From the NCBI GenBank assembly GCA_007131295.1, contig SLQW01000036.1:16766-80765 (forward strand): 64,000 nucleotides of DNA, read 5' to 3'. This stretch comes from Pseudomonadales bacterium. GTDB taxonomy: Bacteria; Pseudomonadota; Gammaproteobacteria; Pseudomonadales; Azotimanducaceae. The translations under genes were made by a program, and so were the position numbers. Below are positions 26,358 through 38,427 of this stretch, piece after piece. Each line of letters begins with the position of its first letter. Position 1 is the first letter of the stretch. The notes under the pieces are model-generated. The model did not search any database, had not been told where the DNA came from, and worked only from the letters and a program-made list of their open reading frames with translations.

Positions 26358-27968
26358 ATGTTCCAGAGAGATCAGCTCGGCTGGGTGTTCTACGCATCGC
26401 TCGGGCTGTTGACGGCCTTCGTGATCGTCGGTGTGGGTTGGCCGGTGCAGCTCGCAGCTGGGGCCGGCGCTGCGCTTGCGTTCACGACCGCCCACTTCGG
26501 TTGGCTCTACCTGTTCGCGACCACGGGGTTTCTGGTCTTCTGTGTGGGCGTTGCCGTCAGTGACTACGGCCGGATACGACTTGGCGCCGATGGCGAAACG
26601 CCCGAATTCTCCTATGGCGCCTGGCTCGGCATGATCTTCTCGGCGGGCATGGGCGTCGGCCTCGTGTTCTGGGGCATCGCCGAACCGCTGACGCACTACA
26701 TCGATCCACCGCTTGCGCAGGCGGAGCCGCAGACGCCGGCAGCGGCAGGCCTCGCGCTGCGCTATTCGCTGTTTCATTGGGGTTTCCACCAGTGGGCGAA
26801 TTTCGCCGTGGTCGGCCTGGCCATCGCCTACGTGCGCTTTCGCCAGCAGCGCCCCGGCATGATCAGCGAGGCGTTCCGGGCTTCGCTGGGTGATCGGGTC
26901 GATGGGGGCCTGGGTCATGGCATCAACGTGCTCGCCGTGGTCTCGACGATCTTCGGTGTGGCGACCACCGTCGGCCTAGGTGTCATCCAGATCAACAGCG
27001 GCCTGACGGCTGTCGCCGGGCTGCCGTTCGGGCTGACGCCGCAGCTCTTGATTCTCGTCGGCATCAGCATCGTCTTTCTGCTGTGTGCGCTCGCGCCGCT
27101 GGAGAGCGGCATCCGTTACGTCAGCGACGCGAACATGGTGCTGGCCGGCGGGCTGCTCGCATTCGTGTTCTTTCTCGGGCCGACAGACTTCATCACAGCC
27201 GCCATGACCAACGCCATCGGCGAGTACTTCGCTAACGTCATCGGCATGAGCCTGGTGATGACCCCCTACACCGGCGAGGACTGGGTGGAGCGCTGGACCA
27301 TCTTCTACTGGGCCTGGGGCCTGTCCTGGGCGCCCTTCGTCGGCAGTTTCATCGCTCGCATCTCCCGGGGCCGGACCATCCGTGAGTTCGTGCTCGGCGT
27401 CATCGGCATGCCGGTGCTGCTGAGTACGGTGTGGTTCGCTACCTTCGGTGGTTCGGCGCTCTACTTCGAGATGTTCCGGGATGCGGGGATTGCGTCGGCG
27501 GTGCAAACGGAGATCAGCTCCGGGCTGTTCGCGACGCTCTCCGAGCTGCCGCTGGCCTCCGTGATCGTGCCGCTGATGCTGCTGCTGGTGGTCCTGTTCG
27601 TGATCACTTCGGCGAACTCGGCCACCTTCGTTCTCGGCATGTTCACCAGCAAGGGCGTGCTGACGCCGGCGCGGTCTACCCGGGTGATCTGGGGCGTGGT
27701 CCAGGTCCTGGTGGTGGCCGTGCTGCTGCTCAGCGGCGGCCTGGCCGCCCTGCAGACCATTTCCATCGTCGCGGCATTTCCGTTCATGGTGCTGATGGTG
27801 TTCATGGCGGGTGCGCTGCTGCGTTCGCTGCGCAACGAACGTCGACAGATGGAACTGCACGAGGCGCTCTTGCGCGAGCGGCTGCAGCGCCTGATCGACG
27901 AGCATGAGCCGCCGGCGGCAGAGGATCCCCTCTCGGAAATCGCGACCGAGCAGCAGCCGCACCCTTGA
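26358..27968 (+). CDS. BCCT family (betaine/carnitine/choline) transporter
   Basis: BCCT signature WTIFYWAWGLSWAPFVGSFIARISRGRTIREFV in a 12-TM-type protein. The start is ambiguous: ATG at 26358 or the upstream ORF start at 26319. Confidence 0.88.
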   Translation: MFQRDQLGWVFYASLGLLTAFVIVGVGWPVQLAAGAGAALAFTTAHFGWLYLFATTGFLVFCVGVAVSDYGRIRLGADGETPEFSYGAWLGMIFSAGMGVGLVFWGIAEPLTHYIDPPLAQAEPQTPAAAGLALRYSLFHWGFHQWANFAVVGLAIAYVRFRQQRPGMISEAFRASLGDRVDGGLGHGINVLAVVSTIFGVATTVGLGVIQINSGLTAVAGLPFGLTPQLLILVGISIVFLLCALAPLESGIRYVSDANMVLAGGLLAFVFFLGPTDFITAAMTNAIGEYFANVIGMSLVMTPYTGEDWVERWTIFYWAWGLSWAPFVGSFIARISRGRTIREFVLGVIGMPVLLSTVWFATFGGSALYFEMFRDAGIASAVQTEISSGLFATLSELPLASVIVPLMLLLVVLFVITSANSATFVLGMFTSKGVLTPARSTRVIWGVVQVLVVAVLLLSGGLAALQTISIVAAFPFMVLMVFMAGALLRSLRNERRQMELHEALLRERLQRLIDEHEPPAAEDPLSEIATEQQPHP

Positions 27969-27998
27969 AGAGTGGTGGCCTCGCCTGCAGCGCGGTCA

Positions 27999-28538
27999 TC
28001 AGGCGCTGTTGACCGCCGCAATGCGCTGCCGGATACCAGGTTTAGGTTCTTCGTCGTAGCCGTGCTCGTAGGCGCGGACCAGTAGGCGGCCTCGCACCGC
28101 TTCAAGCAGTTCGCCCGGTTCGAGCAGGTAGGCCGGCCGCGCCGGATGGCCGTAGGCTTCGTTGCCGCGAGCGAAGGTCTCGTAGATCAGCACTCCGCCC
28201 GGCGCCACTGCATCGACGATGGCGCCGAGGAGCGGTCGATGCAGATAACAGGTCACGATCACCGCGCCAAAACGGCGCTCGCCGAGGGGCCAGGGGGCGC
28301 CGGTCTCCAGATCGATCTCCAGGCATTCCGCCTCATCGGCGAGGTCGGCGACGCCGGAAGTGTCCTTGTCGACAAAGGTGACCGGGTGGCCCCGTTCCAG
28401 GAACAGGCGGCCGTGGCGGCCGCTGCCGCAGGCCAGGTCTAGGACGGGTGCACCGGCAGGCACGACGTCCGTCCAGCGCAGCACCCAGGGGCTCGGTGCG
28501 CGAAAGCCGTCTCGCCGGCTGGTCCAGTGCTCCGCCAT
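27999..28538 (-). CDS. Class I SAM-dependent methyltransferase (small, TehB-like)
   Basis: This is the real part of ORF 27999..29078, starting at the ATG at 28538 (MAEHWTS...). Motif I is VLDLACGSGRHGRLFLERGH, then VIVTCYLHRP. The start overlaps the MAPEG gene stop by 1 nt (TGATG). Confidence 0.75.
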   Translation of the reverse strand: MAEHWTSRRDGFRAPSPWVLRWTDVVPAGAPVLDLACGSGRHGRLFLERGHPVTFVDKDTSGVADLADEAECLEIDLETGAPWPLGERRFGAVIVTCYLHRPLLGAIVDAVAPGGVLIYETFARGNEAYGHPARPAYLLEPGELLEAVRGRLLVRAYEHGYDEEPKPGIRQRIAAVNSA

Positions 28539-28948
28539 CACCCGGCCATGAGCGCACGCACGGCGATCACCAGCAGCAGCACGACCTGCGCCAGGAAGAA
28601 CGCGAAGCGCGTGAACACGGCCGGAACGCTGGTGGAAGCCAGATGGATGAGGGATTGGGCGATCCGCGCGGCGAGGATCCACATGGCCAGCGGATCGGAG
28701 ATCGCTCCGAGTCCAGCGACTTCCACCGCGAGCAGGATCGCAGCGACGATCGGAAGATTCTCGAAGCAGTTGGCATGGGTGCGGGCCAGGCGCTGGCTGA
28801 AGCCGCCGATATCCGATCCGTCCGGAGCGAACGTGTTGGGCGCCTTGCCGGTGGTCTGCGCAACGTAGGCGCGGGTGATTCCGATGCAGGCCGTCAACAG
28901 CAGCGTCCAGAGTGCGAAGCCCGTGAGGGCAGTCAGGGTCGGCGTCAT
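28538..28948 (-). CDS. MAPEG family membrane protein (glutathione-transferase-like)
   Basis: From ORF 28538..29011, trimmed to the ATG at 28948 (MTPTLTALTGFALWTLLL). The protein is 136 aa with 3-4 TM segments. RLARTHANCFENLPIVAAILL resembles the MAPEG conserved region. Confidence 0.65.
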   Translation of the reverse strand: MTPTLTALTGFALWTLLLTACIGITRAYVAQTTGKAPNTFAPDGSDIGGFSQRLARTHANCFENLPIVAAILLAVEVAGLGAISDPLAMWILAARIAQSLIHLASTSVPAVFTRFAFFLAQVVLLLVIAVRALMAG

Positions 28949-29067
28949 GGTGGTGATCCCCGGCGATTGAATGCGTGCAACGGAGTATGCCGCGGCCGCT
29001 GCAGCTGGCAATGACGTCTCTGGTACTCTGCCGCCTCCTGACTGCTTTCCGATCCGGAGTCGCCGCC

Positions 29068-30144
29068 ATGACGCGCATGAACGAACTCGCCTTCTACACG
29101 CTCGCCGGAGCGCCGAAGAGCCCGCACGATCTGATCGATGAGATCCGTCACGGCGAGCGTCTCGGCATCGGCAGCGCTTTCATCTCGGAACGCTTCAACA
29201 TCAAGGAAGCGGCGACCCTCTCCGGGGCAGTGGGTGCAGTTTCTTCGGAAATCGGCATCGCCACCGCGGCTACCAACCACAACACCCGTCATCCCATGGT
29301 GACGGCAGCTTATGCGATGACGATGCATCGACTCACTGGCGGGCGTTTCTCCCTCGGGCTCGGGCGTGGTGTCGACCGCGCCTTCGATGCCTTCGGCCTG
29401 CCGCGGATCAAAACGGCGCAGGTGGAGGACTTCGTTGGCCTCATGCGGCGGATCTGGCGTGGTGAAGCGGTGATGGGTCATGACGGTCCGGCGGGCAAGT
29501 ACCCCTACCTCGGCATGGGGCCCGAGTACGACGAGCACATCCCCATGACCTGGGTCGCGTTCGGGCCGAACTCGCTGGCGCTCGGCGGACGCGCCTTCGA
29601 TGCGGTGGTGCTGCACACGTTCTTCACCGACGAGACCACGGTCCGCTGCGTCGAAACGGTCAAGCGCGCAGCGGAGGAGGCAGGACGTGATCCGGCGTCC
29701 GTGCGGGTTTGGTCCTGTTTCGCGACCATTGGAGATCATCTGCCGGAACCCATCCGGCTGAAGAAGCTGGTCGGGCGCATGGCCACCTATCTGCAGGCTT
29801 ATGGCGATCTGATGGTGCGCACCAACGACTGGGATCCGAAGGTGCTCGAGCGCTTCCGCGCCGATCCCTTCGTCGCCAACTTCAAGGGTGCCATCGACGA
29901 TCTGGCGACGACGGAGGAGCTGGAGCATGTGGCGACCCTGATTCCGGAAGCCTGGCTCGAGGCGGCCGCCACCGGCTCGCCGGAACAGTGTGTGGCCGCC
30001 ATCAACCATCAGTTCGATCTCGGATGCGACGGCGTGATCCTGCATGGGGCGACGCCGACCCAGATCGAGCCCATCGTCGAGGCCTATAGCGCCCAGCGCC
30101 CGGCAGGCCGCTTCGATCACCTGGCCGCGAATCCCGCGGGCTGA
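29068..30144 (+). CDS. LLM-class (luciferase-like) flavin/F420-dependent oxidoreductase
   Basis: From ORF 28975..30144, trimmed to the ATG at 29068. ELAFYTLAGAPKSPHDLIDEIRHGERLGIGSAFISERFNIKEA and GGRFSLGLGRG are typical of LLM family members. Confidence 0.8.
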   Translation: MTRMNELAFYTLAGAPKSPHDLIDEIRHGERLGIGSAFISERFNIKEAATLSGAVGAVSSEIGIATAATNHNTRHPMVTAAYAMTMHRLTGGRFSLGLGRGVDRAFDAFGLPRIKTAQVEDFVGLMRRIWRGEAVMGHDGPAGKYPYLGMGPEYDEHIPMTWVAFGPNSLALGGRAFDAVVLHTFFTDETTVRCVETVKRAAEEAGRDPASVRVWSCFATIGDHLPEPIRLKKLVGRMATYLQAYGDLMVRTNDWDPKVLERFRADPFVANFKGAIDDLATTEELEHVATLIPEAWLEAAATGSPEQCVAAINHQFDLGCDGVILHGATPTQIEPIVEAYSAQRPAGRFDHLAANPAG

Positions 30145-30172
30145 GCATCTATCGTCTCTATCGATGCAATAG

Positions 30173-32476
<2,304 letters not shown>

Positions 32477-32491
32477 TCAAAACCTGACCGG

Positions 32492-32528
32492 CCCGGGGAC
32501 TGCTGACCGTTCAGTCCCCGGGTTGTCT
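32492..32528 (+). terminator. Rho-independent terminator of katG
   Basis: An 11-bp perfect stem, cccggggactg (32492-32502) with cagtccccggg (32512-32522), around a 9-nt loop. It is followed by ttgtct and starts 16 nt after the katG stop. Confidence 0.7.
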
Positions 32529-32603
32529 GAGAGGCGCAGTAGCCGTGGCGTGCTGTAGCGCTTCATATTATAACGGCCATAAGAAAAAACTGGGGAGACA
32601 TGC

Positions 32604-33215
32604 GTGCCGAAGCAGGTCGATGCAGAATTGCGTCGCGGCGAGCTGGCCGCGGCCACTCGGCGCGTGATTCTGCGGCGAGGGCTCGAAGGCACGACCCTGC
32701 GCGAAGTGGCGCGAGAAGCCGGGTGGAGTATCGGCGTGCTTGCCCACTACTTCGAGACCAAGGACGACCTTCTGCGTTATTCGCTGGCTGATCCGACCTG
32801 GGTCATGAACCGTTTCGACAGCACCGAGCCGGACGGCCTCGCCTCTGTCCGGCGCATCCTCGAGCGGCTGCTACCGGCCAACGCCGAGATGCGTGACATG
32901 TGGCAGGTCTGGATGACGTTCTGGGTGTCCTGGCCCGGTGACGCTTCATGGGACCGTGAGCGACGGTTCCGGCAGCGCAAGTTCCGCCGCTTCTGCCGCA
33001 ACCTGGTGCGGCACGCTTGTGACCGGGGTGAGCTCATGGCACTGCGTGATCCTGACTTGGATGGCGACGACCTCGCTACGCTGCTCTACGGGCTTGGGGT
33101 GCAGGCTGTAATGGATCCGCGATCCTGGCCGCAACGCCGGCAACTCGGCGAACTGGATACCTTCATCGCTATGCGGCTGCCGCAGCGCGGCCTGGAGGAA
33201 GCGGCATGTGGTTGA
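32604..33215 (+). CDS. TetR/AcrR family transcriptional regulator
   Basis: GTG start. The N-terminal HTH reads RRGLEGTTLREVAREAGWSIGVLAHYFETKDDLL. It overlaps the start of the downstream efflux adaptor gene by 10 nt. Confidence 0.88.
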   Translation: MPKQVDAELRRGELAAATRRVILRRGLEGTTLREVAREAGWSIGVLAHYFETKDDLLRYSLADPTWVMNRFDSTEPDGLASVRRILERLLPANAEMRDMWQVWMTFWVSWPGDASWDRERRFRQRKFRRFCRNLVRHACDRGELMALRDPDLDGDDLATLLYGLGVQAVMDPRSWPQRRQLGELDTFIAMRLPQRGLEEAACG

Positions 33216-34306
33216 GAGGACTCATCGTCACGCTGTTGCTCGCGCTGCTGTTCGGCGGCATCGGCTGGCACAAGTACGGTCAGTATCAGCACTTCCAGGC
33301 CATGATGGCGGCAGAGCGGCCCGCGGTGGTGGTGTCTTCCGCCGCCGTCGAGGCAGAGCAGTGGCCAGTTGAAATCAGGGCGCTGGGCACGTTCACCGCC
33401 GATCAGGGTGTGCATGTCGCCACCGAGGTGCCGGGGCGCGTTCAGAGCATCCGTTTCCGTTCGGGCCAGTCGGTCGAGGCCGGTCAGGTCCTGGTCGAAC
33501 TCGACGCTTCGGCAGAGCGAGCAGAGCTGCGTGCGCTGGAGGCTGATCTGGAACTGGCGGTGCTCGACCTCCGGCGAGCGGAGGATCTGCGGCAGACCCA
33601 GGCAGTCTCACAGTCGCAGCTCGATCGCGCGGCGACTCTGGTGCGGAGTCTGGAGGCGCGGGCCGAACAGCACCGGGTCGTGATCGAACGCAAGACCATT
33701 CGCGCACCCTTCAGCGGCGAACTCGGTATCCGGATGGTGCATCTCGGGCAGTATCTGTCGCCCGGCGACACGGTGGTGACCCTGCAGTCCCTGGATCCGA
33801 TTCATCTCGACTTCACGCTGCCGGAGCGGCACCTTGGCGAACTGGCGCTAGGGCAGCGCGTCCAGGCCCCGGTGGCTGCCTGGCCACAGGTCGCCTTCGA
33901 GGGCCAGATCACCGCCATCAGTCCGGAGCTTGAGCGGGCCAGCCGTACGATCCACCTGCAGGCGACCCTGCCGAATTCGGAGGCACGCCTGCGCCCCGGG
34001 ATGTTTTCTCAGGCCACTGTGCTCGTGGGTGAGGCGCGCCCCGTACTCACCCTGCCGCGCACCGCCATCGCCTATCAGGCTTTCGGCGAGACCGTCTTCG
34101 TCCTCGAGGAAGATGCGGAGGGTCGGCTCACGGCTGAACAACGCCCCGTGCGCGTCGGCCAGACGCGTAACGGGCGCGTGGAAATCGTCGACGGTGTGCG
34201 CCCTGGCATGGAGGTGGTCGCGACCGGGCAGATGAAGCTGCGTTCCGGGCAACGCGTGCGCATCGACAACAGCCTCGAACTGCCTTCCGACGTGGCGCAG
34301 CGCTGA
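33206..34306 (+). CDS. Efflux RND transporter periplasmic adaptor subunit (membrane fusion protein)
   Basis: An N-terminal anchor LIVTLLLALLFGGIG, a coiled-coil region (AELRALEADLELAVLDLRRAEDL), IRAPFSGELG and a beta-barrel C-terminus. Confidence 0.88.
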   Translation: MWLRGLIVTLLLALLFGGIGWHKYGQYQHFQAMMAAERPAVVVSSAAVEAEQWPVEIRALGTFTADQGVHVATEVPGRVQSIRFRSGQSVEAGQVLVELDASAERAELRALEADLELAVLDLRRAEDLRQTQAVSQSQLDRAATLVRSLEARAEQHRVVIERKTIRAPFSGELGIRMVHLGQYLSPGDTVVTLQSLDPIHLDFTLPERHLGELALGQRVQAPVAAWPQVAFEGQITAISPELERASRTIHLQATLPNSEARLRPGMFSQATVLVGEARPVLTLPRTAIAYQAFGETVFVLEEDAEGRLTAEQRPVRVGQTRNGRVEIVDGVRPGMEVVATGQMKLRSGQRVRIDNSLELPSDVAQR

Positions 34307-37300
34307 TGTTCACCGACGTCTTCGTGCGTCGGCCGGTCCTGGCCACGGTACTGAGTCTGCTCATCCTGCTGCTCGGCCTGCGCGCCATCGGCATGCTCGA
34401 ACTGCGTGAGTATCCCCGCACTGAACGCGCCGTAGTCACGGTCATGACGGCCTATCCCGGTGCCGATGCGGATCTCGTCCAGAGCTTCATCACCGCACCG
34501 CTGCAGCGGGCGATTTCCGAGGCCAACGGACTCGACTACGTCCAGTCCGACTCCCGGATGGGCGTCTCCATCATCGAGGCGGTGATGGAGCTCAACTACG
34601 ACGGCAATGCCGCGGTAGCGGAAATCCAGGCCAAGGTCGCGAGCCAGCGCAACCAGATTCCGAGCGAAGCGCTCGATCCGGTGATCGATGTGCGCACGGA
34701 GCAGGGCTGGGCCCTGATGTACATCGGATTCTCCAGCGAAACCATGCGTGCGTCGGAGATTACCGACTACCTGATGCGCGGCGTGATCCCGCGCATGCAG
34801 GCTATTCCTGGCGTGGCCAAAGCCGATGTCATGGGCGACCAGCAGCTCGCCATGCGCATCTGGCTCGACCCCCGCCGAATGGCGGCCCAGGACGTGACGG
34901 CCCTGGACGTCCGCGCTGCTCTCCGCAGGGAAAACGTCCAGGCGGGCATCGGTCGGACCCAGGACGACCTCTTGCAGGTGAACCTGTCCGCTGCCACGGA
35001 GATGTCCAGCGTTGCCGAGTTCGAGCAGCTGATCGTCCGCTCCAACGGCACTACCCTGGTGCGCTTGAGCGACGTCGCCGAAATCGAGCTCGATGCGCGC
35101 AACCTTGATCAGGTGAGCTGGTATTCCGGTGAGCCGTCCACGCTGGTGGGGATCGAGACCGGTCCTGGCGCGAACCCCATCGAGGTCTCCCGAGCGATCC
35201 GGGAGCTTCTGCCCGACATCGAACGGCAGTTGCCGCCGGATCTCAGCATGGCGCTGACCCATGATGGTAGCGAGTACATCGAGGCATCCATCGCCGAGGT
35301 CTACCGGACGCTGTTCGAGGCGGTGGCCATCGTACTGCTGCTGATCTTCCTGGCGCTGGGATCGGCGCGAGCGGCTATCGTGCCGGCGATCTCGGTGCCG
35401 CTCTCCCTTATCGGCGCCACCTTCATCATGCTGCTGCTGGGCTTTTCCCTGAATCTGCTGACGCTGCTCGCGATGCTGTTGGCCATCGGCCTGGTGGTGG
35501 ATGACGCCATCATCGTGGTGGAGAACGTTCACCGGCACATGACGTCCGGCAAGGGACGGCTCGAGGCGGCACTCACCGGAGCTCGTGAACTGGCGTTGCC
35601 CATCATCGCGATGACCACGACGCTGCTGGCGGTCTATGCACCGATCGGTTTCATGGGCGGTCTGGTCGGCATCGTCTTCACCGAGTTCGCCTTCTCGCTG
35701 GCCGGGGCGGTGCTCATTTCGGGGATAGTGGCCCTTACGTTCTCGCCGATGCTGTCGTCGCTGGTGCTGAAGACCAGCGCCGAGCAGGGACGGTTCGAGC
35801 AGGCGGTGGAGCGCTTCTTCGAGCGCCTCGCGGCACTCTACCGCCGGTGGCTGCATCGCAGCCTTGATTACCGGCCGGTGACGTTCTATTTCTCCGCCGT
35901 CATGCTGCTCGGCATCTACTTCATGTTCGTCACCAGTCAGACGGAATTCGCGCCGGTTGAAGACCGCGAGGCCATCAACGTCCAGATGACTGCACCTCAT
36001 ACGGCGACATTGCAGTACACCGAGGCCCACACTCGGCGCATGGTGGAACTTTTCGAGACTGTTCCGGAGTACGCCCGCAGCTTCCTCATGTTGGGTGGTG
36101 GCGGAACACCCGCAACCACGTTCGGTGGCTTCCGTCTGGTTCCGATAGCCGATCGTGACCGCAGTCAGATGGAGATCCAGCCGGAGTTGCAGCGTCTGGT
36201 TCATGGCATCCCCGGCGTTCAGGTCGGCGTGTTTTCCTTCCCGGCTCTGCCCGGTGCTGCAGCTGGTCCGCCAGTGCAGTTCGTGGTCTCTGGTGACCAG
36301 GACTATCAGGAACTGGACCGACTGGCGGGAGATCTCGTCGCAGCGGCCATGGGCAGCGGTCGGTTCCTGTTCGCGAATAAGTCGAGCGAAATGGCTCTGC
36401 CGCAGGTCCGCGTCCACATTGACCGCGATCGCGCCGGGGATCTCGGTATCGACATGGAGGCAATCGGCTTCACGCTTGCCACGCTGCTGGGCGACGGCCA
36501 CGTCAATCGATTCAGTCAGGCCGGCCGCAGCTACGAAGTGATTCCCCAGGTGGCGCGACGCTATCGCGCGAATGAGCAGGCGCTGGAGGATTACCACGTC
36601 CGCACCCGAAGCGGCGAGCTGATACCCCTCTCCGCGGTCGTCAGCTTCGAGCGTCGCATTGAGCCGACCCGGAGGATGGAACTGCAGCAGCTGAACGCGA
36701 TCATCGTCAATGCGGTGCCCTACCCCGGCGTCTCGCTCGGTGAGGCACTCGAATTTTTCGAGACTCTGGCGAGCGAGACCTTTCCCCGCGAAGTGGGCTA
36801 CGACTATCTTGGTGAGTCGAGGCAGTTCCGGCAGCAGGGCGAGGCCCTGGTGCTGACGTTCTTCCTGTCGCTGCTGGTGATCTATCTCGTGTTGGCTGCC
36901 CAATTCGAGAGCTGGCGCGATCCGCTCATCATCCTGATGTCCGTGCCCATGACCATCGCCGGTGCGCTGGTGTTCGTCACCCTGGGCTTCGCTACGATCA
37001 ATCTGTATACCCAGGTCGGACTGATCACGCTGATCGGGCTAGTGGCCAAGAACGGCATTCTCATCGTCGACTTCGCCAACAGGATGCGGGATCACGAGGG
37101 CATGGCCCTGCGCGAGGCCGTAGAGGCGGCCGCCGCCGTGCGCCTGCGCCCCATTCTCATGACCACGGTGGCCATGCTCGTGGCGATGGTTCCGCTGCTC
37201 CTGGCTACGGGCCCTGGCGCCGTGAGTCGCTTCCACATCGGGCTCGTGGTGTTTACCGGGCTCGGCATCGGCACGCTGTTCACGCTTTTCGTTGTACCGG

Positions 37301-37371
37301 CGTTTTATGTCCTGCTGGCGCAACGCGAGCGCCGTACTGCAGTGGTCCGTGAGGCACCCGCGCAGACATAG
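34306..37371 (+). CDS. RND family efflux permease (AcrB/MdtB-like)
   Basis: 1021 aa. MFTDVFVRRPVLATVLSLLILLLG, GLVVDDAIIVVENVHRH and LVAKNGILIVDFAN. The ATG overlaps the MFP stop (TGATG). Confidence 0.93.
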   Translation: MFTDVFVRRPVLATVLSLLILLLGLRAIGMLELREYPRTERAVVTVMTAYPGADADLVQSFITAPLQRAISEANGLDYVQSDSRMGVSIIEAVMELNYDGNAAVAEIQAKVASQRNQIPSEALDPVIDVRTEQGWALMYIGFSSETMRASEITDYLMRGVIPRMQAIPGVAKADVMGDQQLAMRIWLDPRRMAAQDVTALDVRAALRRENVQAGIGRTQDDLLQVNLSAATEMSSVAEFEQLIVRSNGTTLVRLSDVAEIELDARNLDQVSWYSGEPSTLVGIETGPGANPIEVSRAIRELLPDIERQLPPDLSMALTHDGSEYIEASIAEVYRTLFEAVAIVLLLIFLALGSARAAIVPAISVPLSLIGATFIMLLLGFSLNLLTLLAMLLAIGLVVDDAIIVVENVHRHMTSGKGRLEAALTGARELALPIIAMTTTLLAVYAPIGFMGGLVGIVFTEFAFSLAGAVLISGIVALTFSPMLSSLVLKTSAEQGRFEQAVERFFERLAALYRRWLHRSLDYRPVTFYFSAVMLLGIYFMFVTSQTEFAPVEDREAINVQMTAPHTATLQYTEAHTRRMVELFETVPEYARSFLMLGGGGTPATTFGGFRLVPIADRDRSQMEIQPELQRLVHGIPGVQVGVFSFPALPGAAAGPPVQFVVSGDQDYQELDRLAGDLVAAAMGSGRFLFANKSSEMALPQVRVHIDRDRAGDLGIDMEAIGFTLATLLGDGHVNRFSQAGRSYEVIPQVARRYRANEQALEDYHVRTRSGELIPLSAVVSFERRIEPTRRMELQQLNAIIVNAVPYPGVSLGEALEFFETLASETFPREVGYDYLGESRQFRQQGEALVLTFFLSLLVIYLVLAAQFESWRDPLIILMSVPMTIAGALVFVTLGFATINLYTQVGLITLIGLVAKNGILIVDFANRMRDHEGMALREAVEAAAAVRLRPILMTTVAMLVAMVPLLLATGPGAVSRFHIGLVVFTGLGIGTLFTLFVVPAFYVLLAQRERRTAVVREAPAQT

Positions 37372-37416
37372 CGCTACCATGCGTCTCCCTTCGAGGTGCG
37401 ACAGGAGACCCTGCAC

Positions 37417-38412
37417 ATGAGCGACAGCTTCCGGGCGATCGTGGCCCGAGCCGGTGACGATGGCAAAGCCAGCGCGGCCATGGAAACCTTGCAGACTTCG
37501 GAATTGCCGGATGAGGCGGTGCTGGTGGAGGTGGAGTACTCCACCGTCAACTACAAGGACGGACTCGCCGTCACCGGGGCTGCGCCCATCTGCCAGAAGT
37601 TGCCCATGGTCTGCGGAATCGATCTTGCCGGGACCGTCAGCGAGTCGAGAAGCGATGCCTGGAAGCCGGGCGATCGCGTGCTCGTCAACGGCTACGGGCT
37701 GTCCGAACGGCATTGGGGCGGCTATAGCCAGCGCGCACGGGTGAAGCCTGAGTTTCTGCTCCGGATTCCCGACGCCTTCAGCAGCGAACAGGCGATGGCG
37801 ATCGGCACGGCGGGCTACACGGCCATGCTGGCGGTGAACGCAATCCGTGATCACGGTGTGACGCCCGACGATGGTCCCGTGCTGGTCACTGGTGCGGCCG
37901 GTGGCGTGGGCTCCTTCGCGGTCCTGCTGCTTACGGCGCTCGGCTTCGAAGTGGCTGCGAGTACGGGTCGGCCTGAGACGGCGGACTATCTGAAATCGCT
38001 CGGTGCCGGCAGCATCGTCGGACGTGCAGATCTGGCGCGGCAGTCGAAACCCCTCGAGAAGGAGTCCTGGGCCGCAGCCGTGGACAGCGTCGGGTCGACC
38101 ACGCTCGCGACTACCCTGGCACAGCTGCGTTACAACGGCATCGTCTCAGCCTGCGGCCTCGCTGCCGGTGCCGATCTGCCAGCTACCGTACTGCCATTCC
38201 TGTTGCGCAACGTTCGGCTGCAGGGTATCGATTCGGTGATGGCGCCTATGGCGCTCCGGGAGCGGGCCTGGGCCGATCTCGCTGCCCTGCTCGATCCCGA
38301 CCGCTTCGCTGCCGTGCATCAGCTCGCGCCCCTCGCGCAGGTGCCGGACCTCTGTGCCGCCATCCTGGCCGGCAAGATCCGTGGCCGGGTGGTCATCGAC
38401 GTCAACGCCTGA
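37417..38412 (+). CDS. yhdH: YhdH/AcuI-family NADPH-dependent quinone oxidoreductase / acrylyl-CoA reductase
   Basis: It can be aligned along its length with E. coli YhdH as I recall it: VEYSTVNYKDGLA, GIDLAGTV, HWGGYSQRARVK, VTGAAGGVGS and PFLLRNVRLQGIDSV. The ATG at 37417 follows AGGAGA. Confidence 0.85.
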   Translation: MSDSFRAIVARAGDDGKASAAMETLQTSELPDEAVLVEVEYSTVNYKDGLAVTGAAPICQKLPMVCGIDLAGTVSESRSDAWKPGDRVLVNGYGLSERHWGGYSQRARVKPEFLLRIPDAFSSEQAMAIGTAGYTAMLAVNAIRDHGVTPDDGPVLVTGAAGGVGSFAVLLLTALGFEVAASTGRPETADYLKSLGAGSIVGRADLARQSKPLEKESWAAAVDSVGSTTLATTLAQLRYNGIVSACGLAAGADLPATVLPFLLRNVRLQGIDSVMAPMALRERAWADLAALLDPDRFAAVHQLAPLAQVPDLCAAILAGKIRGRVVIDVNA

Positions 38413-38427
38413 GTGGGTCGCGGGTAG

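Noticed and set aside
28539-29078. Read-through of the small methyltransferase ORF to 359 aa.
   Set aside because: The upstream part overlaps the MAPEG gene in another frame and is Arg/Pro/His-rich. The methyltransferase motifs begin right after the ATG at 28538.
32541-32603. An AT-rich stretch upstream of the TetR gene containing TTAT-N7-ATAA, considered as a possible TetR operator.
   Set aside because: The half-sites are only 4 bp, which is too weak to call without a footprint or a comparative alignment.
34075-36903. A 942-aa minus-strand ORF, the longest non-assigned ORF in the track.
   Set aside because: It lies antisense to an unmistakable AcrB-type RND pump. Its translation is Arg/His/Gly/Gln-rich low-complexity sequence with no motifs. 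This is the typical stop-free shadow frame of GC-rich DNA.
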